Shown piece by piece: positions 34,961 to 48,148 of a DNA stretch of 64,000 nt. Every line of letters begins with the position of its first letter. Within the stretch, counting starts at the first letter, position 1. Both the position numbers and the translations under genes were made by a program. A model generated the notes under the pieces. It was not told where the DNA came from and did not search any database. It worked only from the letters and a program-made list of their open reading frames with translations. The stretch is taken from positions 124,001 through 188,000 of the forward strand of contig NIVC01001937.1 in assembly GCA_002269645.1 (NCBI GenBank), given 5' to 3'. This DNA is from Macrostomum lignano (taxonomy: Eukaryota).

Positions 34961-36869
34961 TTTGGGAGTCAGGACTGCCGCAACTCAAGGCGACAGTCGA
35001 CCAACAGCCGGCGCACAGCACACCACATGGATGCACACAGACGTGTCGGAAGGGGGGCCTCTCAATTGAAAGGGTGCACTTAGTAAACCTAAAAGTCACT
35101 TGCAAGCATGCAGCGGGCCAGTTTGGGCAAGAGTTCTTTAATTCCTATTACTGACCGCAATATTTTAGCGCCTTTTTATCGCGACGCAGACAATATTTTG
35201 GAGCGCTTTGCGAGCGTATGAGAGATTTTAATTATTGCTACTTTGGTGTTGTCAACAGGATGTTTATTATTTACAGCTTGTGGTCTTTGACCACTTCGAC
35301 CTCCCGCAGATGGGTCTCCATTGGAGTTAAGCATTGAGACTTAGCAGACTCAAAACTTTCATCTCAGTGCCAGAGTGGGCAGCTCAGCTACCCTTATACC
35401 CTTCCCATCCGCGGTCCCTGCTTGCAAGATACCGAGTGCACCGTTTCAAAAATCGATCAAATGTGGGGGCTTCAGCCCCCCCCCCTCCCATGCCCCCATG
35501 CCCCCACGGTTCCGACACCTACGGATTACGTATGACGCACATCAGCACATTTACATGTACACACATGTATTATGGGGATAATGTGGAGCCTTTTTCGCCT
35601 TCCGGCCGTACTTTGATTATTGGCTCATCATTTGATTGGTTCAATTTCCTCATAGGCGTGATCACTATTATAGCTCCAAGCAATGCAATTTTCCGCGCTC
35701 TAACGGCCAAATTAATTAATTTAATTGTACAGCAAATTTTCCAACAAAACCAATGGAAAGCCGTTAAAATTTTGATCTCGCTCGGATTTACTGTAGTACT
35801 CAGTTAGCCCCATGATTAATATCAATTATTTCGCAGACTCGTCACGCCGCAAAGCTTCGGGCAAGACCGGCCTGGCCAAACTGGTTCGTCAGCTCGAGCG
35901 AACTGCTGGTAGAGTTCAACAGAAGCAGGGATAAATTCTATGCGATAGAGTAAAAAATGAAACTAGTCAAAGTCACGACTAAATCGTTTTGAGATTCGAG
36001 TGCATCATTTTGAACTGGTTTGTACTTCTCGCTGCTGCGCTTGCTCATATTGTGCGCCCTTGCGTATCCTGTGCTTTAATTTTAAACGTACAATGTATCG
36101 CATGTGGATTTTTCACAATAGAATGCAGTATATGTGCTTGCAATAATTTTACTACATGTGTGTAACTAATTGCAGCTACTATTGCATGTACTGTGCAGGT
36201 ATTGGCTTATGTTTTTTTGATCGAACGAAGAGCAATGTTACATTTAAATATACATGTACTGTTTCAAAGCAACAGCTGCATGCATGTATACTTTATTAAG
36301 CGCTACTATATGGATCTTTACTAGGCATAGTGAAAATTATTGTATTATTGTTTTAGCAGAAAACTACATGTACATGTTACATGTATTATCCAAGCCATGC
36401 TCCCATATACATGTACATGTAGACCGAAAGTTAAGTCACAATCACAAATGAACTTTGTTCCTTTCAGGGTAGTAAAAATTTATCGTTGCTTCATAAATCA
36501 GTACTCTTATGATTTTTGGCTTCGTCCCTTGGTGAGTGGATGAATTGATGTATTGGAATGAAAAAGTTCTAGACCGCGTGTAAATGCAATAACTTTAGCT
36601 ACGTAAAGACGAGCATTAACTAATAATGAAAAAAATTCATGAAGTAAGTTTTTTAGAATTTTCCTTAAAAATAATATGACGTGTATAGTAATTTTGTTTA
36701 TATATTTTACTGGCTTTAACTTTGACAAGGGGCCTTTTCATATTACCAATTCCAGAACCAGAATCGGTTCGGAATTCAAAGAAAAACAGCAGTATAACTA
36801 TTAAACTCTGTTAATATTTGACTGCCTTAACAACCTAACTTAGCGAGATTAATGCGAGATTACACCCAA

Positions 36870-37095
36870 CTTTTTTTCTCAAGAACCATGTAAAATGTGT
36901 GGAGCGCGAAATGGTTCTGACATTCTACACTACTTGACCGAATGTCCACAAACTGAAGAGATCAGGAAAAAATACTTCTGTCAATACCTCTTAAATAGCA
37001 ATCAAATACACAAGATAGGATATGCTACAAATGAAAAAAGAGTCAGAAAAGAACTCACTGGTGTAGCTAAAATATATGAAGTCATGAATAGCTAA
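36870..37095 (+). pseudogene. Non-LTR retrotransposon ORF2 C-terminal zinc-knuckle fragment
   Basis: CKMCGARNGSDILHYLTEC = CX2CX8HX4C, followed by PQTEEIRKKY, as in LINE ORF2 C-termini. Confidence 0.5.
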
Positions 37096-37754
37096 AACAG
37101 TTAAACAAACTGAATCAGATACATTAGCAGTGTAACAAATCCGCTTTTCAGTTGTTTATTCATTTACTGTCTTTTTTAATTCCCTATTTAAATCGTCGTT
37201 ATTTGTTAAACGTAAAGTTCTTTCGAAGTATTGTTTATGTTCGTTTTTTCACGCTTTGAAATATCACGCGCTTTCAAAAATACTACATCTTTTTTTTACA
37301 AACTCGCTTACCAAAGTAATCTCGCAATTAAAGCTATACCTCGTAATTTGTACTCATTTTTGTATTAATATTTATACTCGTTGTTAGTTGTTAGTCGTCA
37401 CTTTTCGTCCAAAAATACCGTAAAAATTCTGGCGCGCTTTCAAATACTTTATCTGTAAAATAATGAATTGCCGATACTAACACTTGAACTTTCAGCCGTC
37501 GAGAGTGCCAAGTCAGAGCGCGAACTCTTATTAACAATCGATGATTTATATTTATATTGGTTACTTATCAGTCATTAAAACAAAATTTTCATTATAAAAT
37601 TATCTTGCAAAATAACATAAATTACATACAGTAAAAAGTACAGTGAGATAAATACAATATAAATACTATAATACCAATACAACCTGATAAGAGTAAATAC
37701 GAAATTATTTACTTTTAAATTACATACGCAGATATGTTACATATCTTTTACAAT

Positions 37755-38040
37755 AACTCTAACTCTTACTACTACTAACTCGCGGCAAATCGTCTTTATA
37801 AACTTCTATTTCGAAAACTTTTCCAAATACATAGCTCTATAATATATTGGCCAAACAGGCTAATTGCCTGAGCCAAATTCTCTTACTACTACTACTACTT
37901 AACTCTAACTCTTACTACTACTAACTCGCGGCAAATCGTCTTTATAAACTTCTATTTCGAAAACTTTTCCAAATACATAGCTCTATAATATATTGGCCAA
38001 ACAGGCTAATTGCCTGAGCCAAATTCTCTTACTACTACTT
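37755..38040. repeat. Tandem duplication of a ~145-bp segment
   Basis: CTCTAACTCTTACTACTACTAACTCGCGGC...GAGCCAAATTCTCTTACT occurs twice. Confidence 0.9.
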
Positions 38041-41039
38041 CTCTCTTACTACTTAGCACAATTTTTCACTTTCTTCTTGGCGATTGTCATTCAATAATAA
38101 AAACTTTATAGCACGTATCTCCCTCTAGTGATGGAGACAAAAAGTTATACTTCACAAATTGGTTCTGGTTCTGGAACCAGAGCAAGCAATATGAAAAGGC
38201 CCAAGGAGTTGTATTTTGAATCTTTTTAAATTTGCAGTTTGTATTTACAGTAGACCAGTAGGCCTACAGTACAGGCCTGCAGGCTTGCTGCCTTGCTCCT
38301 CATTTTGAGTCAAGACCTTGTAAATGACTACTCGAGTAGGACAGGAAACTACGTTTATTTGAATATTTTGGGAGGCCGGTTTTACAAAAAAATACATTAC
38401 AGAGATAGGAGGTCTTCGTATATTTTTTTACAAAAATTGCTATTGCTTTTGATCTTGTCATTTTTTTATGTTTTGCGTTTCTTATAGTATAATACTATTG
38501 ATACGAGTATTCATAAAGCTTTTCATTTACACAATTAGGATTCTATGTTAATTTTACACTAAATTGAAGTTTAAGTTACAATAAACTTATTAATATTCAA
38601 AATGCTTTAGCCTTTAGGCCCTATTCCAAGTCAAAAAAGAAACAAGGCCAAGCAATTGCCAATTGGTGAGACACTGAGGCTATTCTATTTTTGGACAATT
38701 TCTTTTTGCCTTTTGAAAAAAATGATGTAGCCTATAGGCAGGGGCAGCGGAGCCTAATATTTTAGGGGGGCACCAGGCACAAGGCAAAGGGGGGCATAGG
38801 TACCTTTATAAGTTGCTAATTAGGGCCTAAAATCAGAAAAAGCATTAAAAATTACCATGTAAACTCATTTTCTGGGGGGGGTATATGCCCCTAGTGCCAC
38901 AAGCTCTTGCTGCCCTTTTTTATTAGAGGCAGGGGGTTGCCCATGGTTCGGATCGTGTAGTAGTGTACGCCGGAACAAGAATCCTATCTCAGCTAAATGT
39001 ATGCTAGTGTACGCCAAAAACAAAAAAATTCTCTAAAATGTACACCAAAATTTCTCCTAAAAAAGGTCATTCAGTTTTCATGAGTAGAGTTTTCTAAGAA
39101 ATGTTTTTTGTATGAAAATTCTTTCAAATATTATAAATATTTTCATTTTAAACGAACTTAAATTAAACCTACAGAAAAAAGAATGCAAAATTTACATTCT
39201 TAGCAATAATTTACACAAGTTTTATTCATTGTTAATTGTAAAAAAGCAAAAAGTTTATCACTGACTTTCTAGACTATATAAATTTTCCTTCATTTTATGT
39301 AAAAACTAGAAAGGGTTAATTTACATTACAATTTTTTTACACGCATCAATTTATTCACCAAAATTGGTACGCCAAAAATTTCTCAAGCTCAAAGTAGTAT
39401 GCCAAAGTGATATGCCAAAATAGCCAAACTTCTCAATGGTACGCCAGAAAATTCCGGCTTACATGTAACCTTCCTGAGTGTGGGGTTGTGTCCTTGGTGC
39501 ACTTTAAGCAACATAGTCATAGGCATACAACTGCACAATTCTAGTGCTTACATTGATAAATCTTGTTTGCCTGAGTAAAAAAGAGTCTTTATTTTAAAAA
39601 GGCAGACAAAAAAGATGATATCATATTTTTGAGATATTTTAAACTCAAGATCCATTTTCAATATATCCTTTTGCCTAGAAAATTCTAGCATACAAGTCTT
39701 CTTATCTTAGGCCAATACCTTATGTAGAGTCAAACTAAGATTTCAATCTCAATCTTAAAAGTTTTTTTGTTTGCTAGTATATTAATGGCTTTTTCAATTA
39801 AAGTATATTAACATTATATTCTATAAAGCAGATTCAAATACAAGTTTAACTAGTATTTTTTAAACTAAAAATGTAGGTTTTTGTGTTTTGTATTTTTTAC
39901 AAAGAAGGTTGCACACAGTGTAATTAAACTATTTTAATATGATTTATTCTAGGCATGCAATGATCCTGACAATGGCTCACCTAATAGGCCATTACCGACC
40001 TTTAACCTTTTATATGTGCCTTATATACCTTATTTATATTTTTTAAAATATTTTTTATATTTATTTTTATATACCTTACAGTACAATTGCATACAATGGC
40101 ACAAGCAAAACCATAGTTAGTAGTTTACTTTTGCATATTGCTACATATATGTCAATTATGTGAAAGTACATTTGAGACTTTTGTTTTGTACTATTATCTA
40201 CTAGAGCCTAACTGGGATCCCAGTCCTGATCCTAACTTGGTTGGGACCTAGGTATTTTTTCTGATTCCTGACCATATTGGGAATAAATGTTGGGAATTGG
40301 GAAAAGTTGAGTAGGATTAATAAAAAGTGTTTACAATTTTAAGTATACTATAAAAATTGTTTAGAAGCAATTTTGAAAGGACTAAATGAAATAAGTATGC
40401 TAAATTGATTTGTTTATTTAGTTTGAGGTTATTCTGATTTCTTAGAATATGTCCACTTAAATGAATCAATTAACTTACTCAAACAAAAGTAATTGAAAAG
40501 CAAGATTTTGTGCTAAAAGTGTTGTTTGAGAATCTCTAGTTATTGGAAATATGAACAAAAAAATATAAAGTTTAATGCAAAAAAATATAATACTAATCAA
40601 AAAGCAAGGTTGAGGTTTGAAATTCACTAATTACCAAATTTTCATTCTACTTGACTACTCAACAAAACTCAACTTGAATACTCAGCTCAAACCCCAAAGT
40701 TTGGTCAAATACTTGACTTGACCAAAACCTGAGTTTGTCTAGGCTCTACACTCTAGTGGTACTAACTTATACTAAACTACAAGTTAGGCTAATAGAATAT
40801 AGTAGTAGTAAGTAACTAGCAATCTAGTGCAGCCTCCTTTGGGGTGCCCAATAAGCAAAGAGCAAAAATAGTTCATGGAAAACAATTAAAACAGCATATT
40901 TTCTTAAAAACCTGTCATTGTCATCATTGTCACGGACAATGATATTTGTAATGAATCTCTTTTTTTCCAAAATTAAGAAGCAGACAACAAAATATAGCTT
41001 TCACAAAGATAATAGACAATCCTTCTAAATAGAAAATAT

Positions 41040-41435
41040 TCCTAAGACAGCAAGCATCCCTCTAGATAGCAAGCACCTGCAGATAGCAAGCATTCTAATA
41101 CTTGTAGCAAGCATCCACCTAGATTGCAAGCATCTGAAGATAGCAAGCATCCTGCAAATAGCAAGCATCCCCCAGATATTATTGAAGCATCCACCCAGAT
41201 AGCAAGCATCCACCCAGATAGCAAGCATCCCCAGATATTGTTGAAGCATCCACCCAGATAGCAAGCATCCTGCAGATAGCAAGAATCCCTAAATAGCAAG
41301 CATCCTTGGATAGAAAGAATCCCATACATGTAGCCAGTACCCCCCCTCTTCCAAATAGCAAATACCCCTCTCAAGAGCAAGCATCCCCCCAGATAGCAAG
41401 CATCCCCCTAGATAGCAAGCATCCACCAGACAGCA
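41040..41435. repeat. Degenerate ~20-bp minisatellite (AGATAGCAAGCATCC)
   Basis: Recurrent ATAGCAAGCATC. Confidence 0.85.
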
Positions 41436-41574
41436 TGTAGCTAGTGCTCTGCTAATGCAATAATTGCCTTCTCAGGTTGTGCAACAATCCACTTCTCAGC
41501 TGGCACAATAATCTCTTTTTTAGACAGCACAATAACCAGCTTCTCAGCTAGTTAAGTAATCATTTTCTCATCTA

Positions 41575-41850
41575 GTGCAATAATCCTTTACTCATCAAGT
41601 CAAAAAATCTGTCTCAGTTAGTGTAATAGCCCTTTCTAATCTAGTGCAATAATCCTTGGCTTAGCAAGTGCAATAATCCTTGGTTTATCAAGTGCAATAA
41701 TCTTTGGTTTATCAAGTGCAGTAATCCTTGGGTTATCAAGTGCAATAATCCTTTATTTATCAAGTGCAGTAATTCTTGGTTTATCAAGTGCAGTAATCAT
41801 TGGTCTATCAAGTGCAATAACCCTTGGTTTATCAAGTGCAGTAATCCAGG
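41575..41850. repeat. 24-bp minisatellite (CAATAATCCTTGGTTTATCAAGTG)
   Basis: About 10 units. Confidence 0.85.
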
Positions 41851-43742
41851 TCTTTTTAATTAGTCTTTTAATAAAAGCTTTCAATAAAAAAATTACACTA
41901 CTTTTATTACACTACTAAGATTCAATCCCTGGTCGCTGCATTAGCAGTCTAATCTGTTCACCTCTAGGCTAGCTCTCATCGAAGTTATAAGTGAATTTGT
42001 AGCACTTATAATTCAACACTCATACCAATTCAGTTAGAGTAAAAGTCACACAAAGCAGTTATGATATAATCAATTTCTTAGGCAAGTCAATACCCATCTC
42101 TAATAAAGTTACCACACTGTGTTTTCAACACTGTGACACAATTCAATTCAATGTCAAAATTTAGCCAGTTCACAGACGATAAAATAAAAAGCCTATTGTG
42201 ATGCAATCTATTTCAGAATCAGAATTCAACCAGTCAGTTTTTTCTCTAGCATTCTTACAATGCATTTTAAGTCAAAAGAGCTGCTTGACCTTTGCAAAAA
42301 AGCATGTTTTTTGAATATTAAATCACTTTAGCATCAAGCAATTTCTTAGCTACAATGCATTTACTGTCATGGAAAAGTTTCTGATCAAACAGTGCTAGTT
42401 CAAAAAAATCAGTTGGGCCATTTTTTCTCTAATTGATCACATAGATAGATACCTACCAACAAACCATTTTTAGTATATTGGAGGATATCACTTGACTACT
42501 AATACTAATCTATACATGTGCCTATATATTATAATAAATGTATCCTTAGCCATCTTTTACCTAAATAAGCCTAGATGCCAATGGTAGACATTGATCCCAA
42601 TCCTGACCAATCCCAAGTCCCAACTTTTATGAATTCAATCTCACTTGATCCTACCTGACCAGATTTTTCCTATCCTGGTTTTCCTATTATCTACTTATTT
42701 ATAATATAGGCTAATTTTACATATAACTTATCATGAGTACTATTCCTTCTGTACAAATTTACAATTGCAGCCACATCTCCAATTCTTGATCAACTTATTC
42801 TCATTTCTTCTTATTCTTATCCCATTTTTTTAATAAAATTCTTGCTTAATCTTACTTGAAAATAAAATTCTGACCTTGGTCAGACTCTAACCTCATATAT
42901 AATGCAGTTGCCAAGGTCTAGATTGTGTAATAGCCTAGTATATGCTGGAACAAGAATCCTATCTTTGCTCAAATCTAAGCCCTAATGATATTTTATTAGG
43001 TAAATTATATAAATTGTTAGGCCTAATATTAATAATATTATGCTATTAATTTAATTTTTTTTTATTTTGTGCATACTCAGGGGGGTTGTGATTGAGGGGT
43101 GGCTTGGGTAGAGCAGTCTTTGCACCCATCCTCCTGATTGCACTATGGGTTGGCATTGTATTAGTCCATAGGTTTGGGTTAGTAGCATCCAATAAGGCTT
43201 GCTAACTAGGCCTTGAGTCCTAGTCCCAATCTGGGCCTCTTGGGCTTTGGCCCCTGGTAATATGGCCCCCAAAATATCCAGCAGCAAAGCCCTTCTCTGG
43301 GCTAATCTGCAGGTTGTCCATGCTTCCCACCTTATTTAACAACAACAAAGTTTAAAAGATTAAAGCTATATAAATTATAATAAGTTGAACTTGAATACAA
43401 TTTAATTAATGAAAAAGCCTTTTTTGTGTATCATATCACTCCTTCAAGCTGCTATATTTTATATTGTTTTATAAAAAGTGATTAAAACAGATATAACCCT
43501 GATATTAAAAGTTTGGTATCTATTACAAGCATAATGAATATAGAAAAAACTAATTTATATTAGTAATCAATTGATGTCCATGCATTAAGAAATAGTATAT
43601 TGCTTTTCATTTCTTTTATTATTCTGTTATTTACTTGCAAAAAATTTTTGCTCAGTAAAAATGAATAATTCATGAATGCAAACTTACATGCATGAATAGT
43701 TTTCTTCAAATCTAATAAATACCAAATTTACCAAGCCTAACC

Positions 43743-44371
43743 ATGTCCAAAGTTTTCTTCGACATTACTGCTGATGGTGCGCCTTTGGGCAGGATTGAGT
43801 TCAAACTGTATGATGACCTTGTCCCAAAGACAGCTGCGAACTTCAGGTGCCTTTGCACTGGCGAGAAAGGCATGGGCAGTAAGTGTGATTTATATTGCTG
43901 TTTACTCCTGACAAGTTTTTTACTTCAAACTTACAAGTTCAAATGTGTCAAGATTAGCCATATTATTACTCCTTGACAGTTCACGCGATATTTTAGCTGC
44001 TTCCAAATATGCATGCGCATGGAATAACAAAAATTGAAAAAAACAAGTCTGTACTTGACTTTACTGCAAACTTGTGGCTGCTTCAATCATCGCGGCAGAG
44101 TACATTGTTATTTTGATGTTTATTTAGAATGTTAAGATTGACACTGGAAGAATTCATCTGCCTCACCTTTTCAGAGAGCGGCAAGCCGCTGCACTACAAG
44201 GGAAGCGGCTTCCACCGCATCATTCCCCAGTTCATGTGCCAGGGCGGTGACTTCACCCGCGGCAACGGCACCGGCGGCGAGTCCATCTACGGCGAGAAGT
44301 TCGAGGACGAGAAATTCGCCAGGAAGCACGAGAAGCCCTTCCTGCTGTCTATGGCCAATGCCGGCCCGAAC

Positions 44372-44403
<32 letters not shown>

Positions 44404-44548
44404 GAGCACTCCGTGGCTCGATGGCAAGCACGTTGTATTCGGCGAGGTGATCTCTGGCGACGATGTGGTGAAGAAGATGGAGGCTCTCGGCAGCCAGAGC
44501 GGCAAGCCGTCCAAGACGGTGGTGATCGCCGACTGTGGCACCTGCTAA
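43743..44548 (+). CDS. PPIA: Cyclophilin A-type peptidyl-prolyl isomerase, divergent-loop class, copy 1; exons 43743-43878 and 44175-44548 (169 aa)
   Basis: VFFDI..GRI.F.LYDD.VPKTA.NFR.LCTGEKG|[64 protein letters not shown]. The phase-1 GT-AG intron restores the frame. Confidence 0.96.
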
Positions 44549-45749
44549 GCGGCTGTTTTTTTTAAATGGGCCTCTTTAATCGAGTTACCTTAATAATGTG
44601 TTGTGGCAGTGTTTTTGCTACCAGTTTTAAATTAACAGCTTACTACTTAGACTTACAGCTCTTGTCTAACTATTATAACTGAGCCCTATTAAATCAGTTG
44701 GTTCGGCCAACTCGCCAGATATTCTCGCAGTGCAGTTGCGCTTTCTAGTTAATCCCAGTGTTTTCGTTTTTTTATTATTCAACTGTTATATTTCACAGCT
44801 TATACTCTTTGTTTTAATTAATCAGTCACATTGGTCTTTGTTTAGTTGCACAGCCCAGCTTGAGCACAATTTTTTGTTAAGCCTCCTGTTTTCAACTCTA
44901 TCAGTCAATCTACTATGGTTAAAATTATTGCTTATCCTCCCAACGTTAATCCTCTCTGTGGGCCTAGGAGTTTACTATCCGAATACGCTCTACTTGTCTG
45001 TCTTAGTAGTTTCCCCGTGTGAACTGTTTACAGTTAGTTTCCGGTGTGTTCTATTGAGCAAATATTTTACTATTAGAAACGCAATCGACCGCTTCTCCCT
45101 GCATCTCACAGAATTTTTCTGTCAAGCAATAAATAAATATTTTTCTGTGTACTTTTAGTAAAGCACCAAGTCAACACAAATATAAATCAGCGCAAGACTA
45201 GACAACATCTTTGCTGCTTTTTATTCATCTGTGCACACTTGTGCGGTGAAGCTTTCTTTGTACGCTTTTTTCTTTCTAAAATTAATGTTCAGCCATGTTT
45301 AAAGGTCGGACCAGAAGATAAGTTTGGCCAGAAATTTCCAAATCAAGAACTGGAATGGTAGCTTTCTGGACAATAAATGTTACATATAGGATAGACATCT
45401 AGAACTAGATTAATTGCTCAATAAAAAACTCATTCCTTAGCTCTTTTCCATTTAAAGCCTTACTTAAGATTTTATGGTCCTTTTTAAAAGTCTTGCTAGT
45501 CAGTGTAGTCACTTCCGCTAACTTAAACGAATTCGATGATGTAAAGCTTCGAACTTGTAAAGTGTTTCGCTCTGGTGAAAGTAAGAAGCAATACTTTCGA
45601 CAATATGAAATCTCGAGTTGTAAAAGTGACCCAGTAGGTAAGCTCTATATGGCTACCCAGTAATCAGCTAACCCCCACGGCCCACACAGAAGTTAAGCAA
45701 AGTGTGATTTTTTATTCAGCTTCTCCATGAGCTCGCAGCAACAACGGGT

Positions 45750-46536
45750 TGATATGACACTTATGTTCGTAATTCCTTCACAAAAGCATTGTTTAACTGT
45801 AGCTGCATGTATACATTTGTCTAATGCAGTCCAATATTCGGCTACAGAACGTACTATATATCCATGTACTTAATCATTTTAGGCTAAGCTGAGTTCGAAC
45901 AGTACTTTAGGTTGCTTCTGATTTCCTTGGTTATCCTTCTTTTGGGAAGTAAAGATTTCTTCGGATTAGATTATAAATGAATTAATCTGGCCGATAGTCA
46001 TCTAAAGAGCGGCAGGATTCTGTCTTCGTCGAAATCTCCCACCGCTTTATTGTCATAACTTTTAAGGCATATTTTTAGTATATGGATGCCTGCATTTTCA
46101 GGGCATCAATGTGGCAATTCTTGCCTCGTACTTTTATTTCAGTAGACGGAACACAAACAAAACAAGAAGCGATGCAGTCCTGCTCGAATTCAGATCAGAC
46201 TTGCTGGAGCATAGTACAGATTGTCCTTTGTTCTCAGTCTCGAATAGAAGAAGCGCAGATAATTAGCCAAAATAGACTCTGGAATTAGTAATATATCAGT
46301 TGACAGCTTGTTACCTTCCAGAAATCTCTTTAAACGGTTTATATTGTCCTGGCCCTCTGCCGAACAGAAGAATCGGGTATACCATCGAATTCTAGCTCAT
46401 TTAGCTCTCCAATCACGTCGTCTGGAATGTCGAGAGTCTCTTCTGACTCGATCTTGTCCGCGAATTCCTTGCTCAATTCCTCCAAATACCGGCGGTTTGA
46501 CCCCGCTAAAATCCAGGCCAGCTCTTCGGTCGACAT
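45750..46536 (-). mobile_element. Decayed Crypton (tyrosine-recombinase DNA transposon, DUF3504-type) remnant
   Basis: After one frameshift the minus strand reads GIPDSSVRQRA/DNINRLKRFLEGNKLSTDILLIPESILANYLRFFYSRLRTKDNLYYAPASLI*IRAGLHRFL. This resembles the L..FL..F....R.KDG..Y.P.SL..IRAGL.R.L segment of animal Cryptons and their KCTD1/ZMYM/QRICH1 derivatives. Confidence 0.6.
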
Positions 46537-48148
46537 ACCAGATACAACTTCTCCAGGCAAATTTGAATAATTGATTAAGTGATTGATCATGTTTGAAGCG
46601 TGGTAAGAGCATGCTAACAAATTAAAATGTATCCTGACGTTCTTTTTCCTTTTACAGTGAATCTAAGCCCATAAATACTTATGCCAATATGTCTATGGTC
46701 CTAAATTGACAAATGAGAAGAAAGAATGGCCATAGACACTTAAAACTTATTGTATGTTACAACACAGAGCCCGGAATTTTCGACATTGACGCCCGGAATT
46801 TTCTCACATTATGACAATATTATAAACATTTATTTTTTCTGGGCAAAAATAAATGTAGAATTTAGTCGAAGCGCCCTCAAAATTCTACATTGTTTCCCGC
46901 AAAAATAAATATTGTTATATTGTAGCTGAACTTCGTAAAAGTTGCTATTCAGTATGCCATATACTATACACACTACATTGCTTTGTCGGCGTTGTGAAAT
47001 TTCGTGGACTTTTAAACCCCCCCCCTTTATTTCGGCTTTAAAAACTGCTGGCTAGAAAGATTTTTCGTTTAATTTCTAAAAGCACTAGCTAACATCTTAC
47101 TGTGAGTAGTTAGTTACTTTATAAAGACAATACAGCTTTTTATTAAATTTACTGCATGCCATCTAGCTCGTACAAATACGCTCGAAGGATCTAGGTTAGA
47201 ATAAACTAGACTCACTGCATTTGGATTAATAAATAGTGGTTACAGTCCCCCCAATGTTGGCAGCTTTCACGATATTGGTCAATTACAGTATTACAATACA
47301 TGTATAGTCATTTACTCGCACAACACTATATATAGTGTAGTCTTCACAATTGGACTTTTGGCAACGTTGCATGCACATGCATTTGTACTCGTGTTATGCT
47401 CGCTTAACAATACCGTGAATAAAGAAAATTTAGTATAACGAGCATACATGTAGTATATAGCATTTAGAAAAAAAGGCGAAGCTCGTCGGAAGCCGCCGTA
47501 TATATTTAAGGCTAAGCGGTTCTTTCGGCGCTGGGCGGGGCCGGCATGGCAAGAGCAGAACCTCGAACTCGAGGACGAAAAATGAAAAAGGTTACGTTAA
47601 CTTTTGAAGGAAGGAAGAAATAAAATGAATGAGCCGAGGACTTTAAAAAATGTTTTTGAACTAAACTGCCAGGCCAGCCAGCCAACCCAACTGCCATATT
47701 GTTTGTTTGTCGGTGTGACTCACGTTTAACTAAAAGATAGACGGGTAATAGAAGCCTAAAGCTGTGGACTGTGGAGGCTTGTCTGGGCAGTGGAATTGGG
47801 TGGTAAAATTCCTAGACAACCCCTCGCCCGTGAAAGAGTGTACACAGTGGTCTTATAGGAAAGCGTACGGAGAATATGTACACTCACAGACAAACCCTAC
47901 GACAGCAGTGTAGGGTTGATATCGATTTTTCTCTCCACTACGCAGACCCGTAGTGGAAAGAAAATCTCTCTCATCCAGTCAGAGCTTACCACGCCTGCCC
48001 TAACCTTCCCCAACCCCTCTTCTCTATCGTTGAGTGTCGGTAAAAACGAGCGCTCTGGGGGCCTACACAGAATCGCTTTGGAAATCTTGCTAGAATCTAC
48101 TACTGCCTGCAGTAACTACATCATTTTCGCCCCAATTTGAACGCAAAG

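Larger units (their letters stand above)
36730..38202. mobile_element. Non-autonomous PIF/Harbinger-like TIR element (1473 bp)
   Basis: Perfect 15-bp TIR GGGCCTTTTCATATT (36730-36744 and 38188-38202), a shared subterminal TTCCAGAACCAGAA, and AAG on both flanks (36727-29, 38203-05) as a 3-bp TSD. Confidence 0.65.

Noticed and set aside
38739-38917. Small MITE with CAGGGGCAGC-like ends
   Set aside because: The inverted repeats are imperfect and there is no matching TSD.
47708-48120. Solo LTR (TGT...ACA) upstream of cyclophilin copy 2
   Set aside because: The flanks TTGTT and TCATT are not a TSD, and there is no polyadenylation signal inside.
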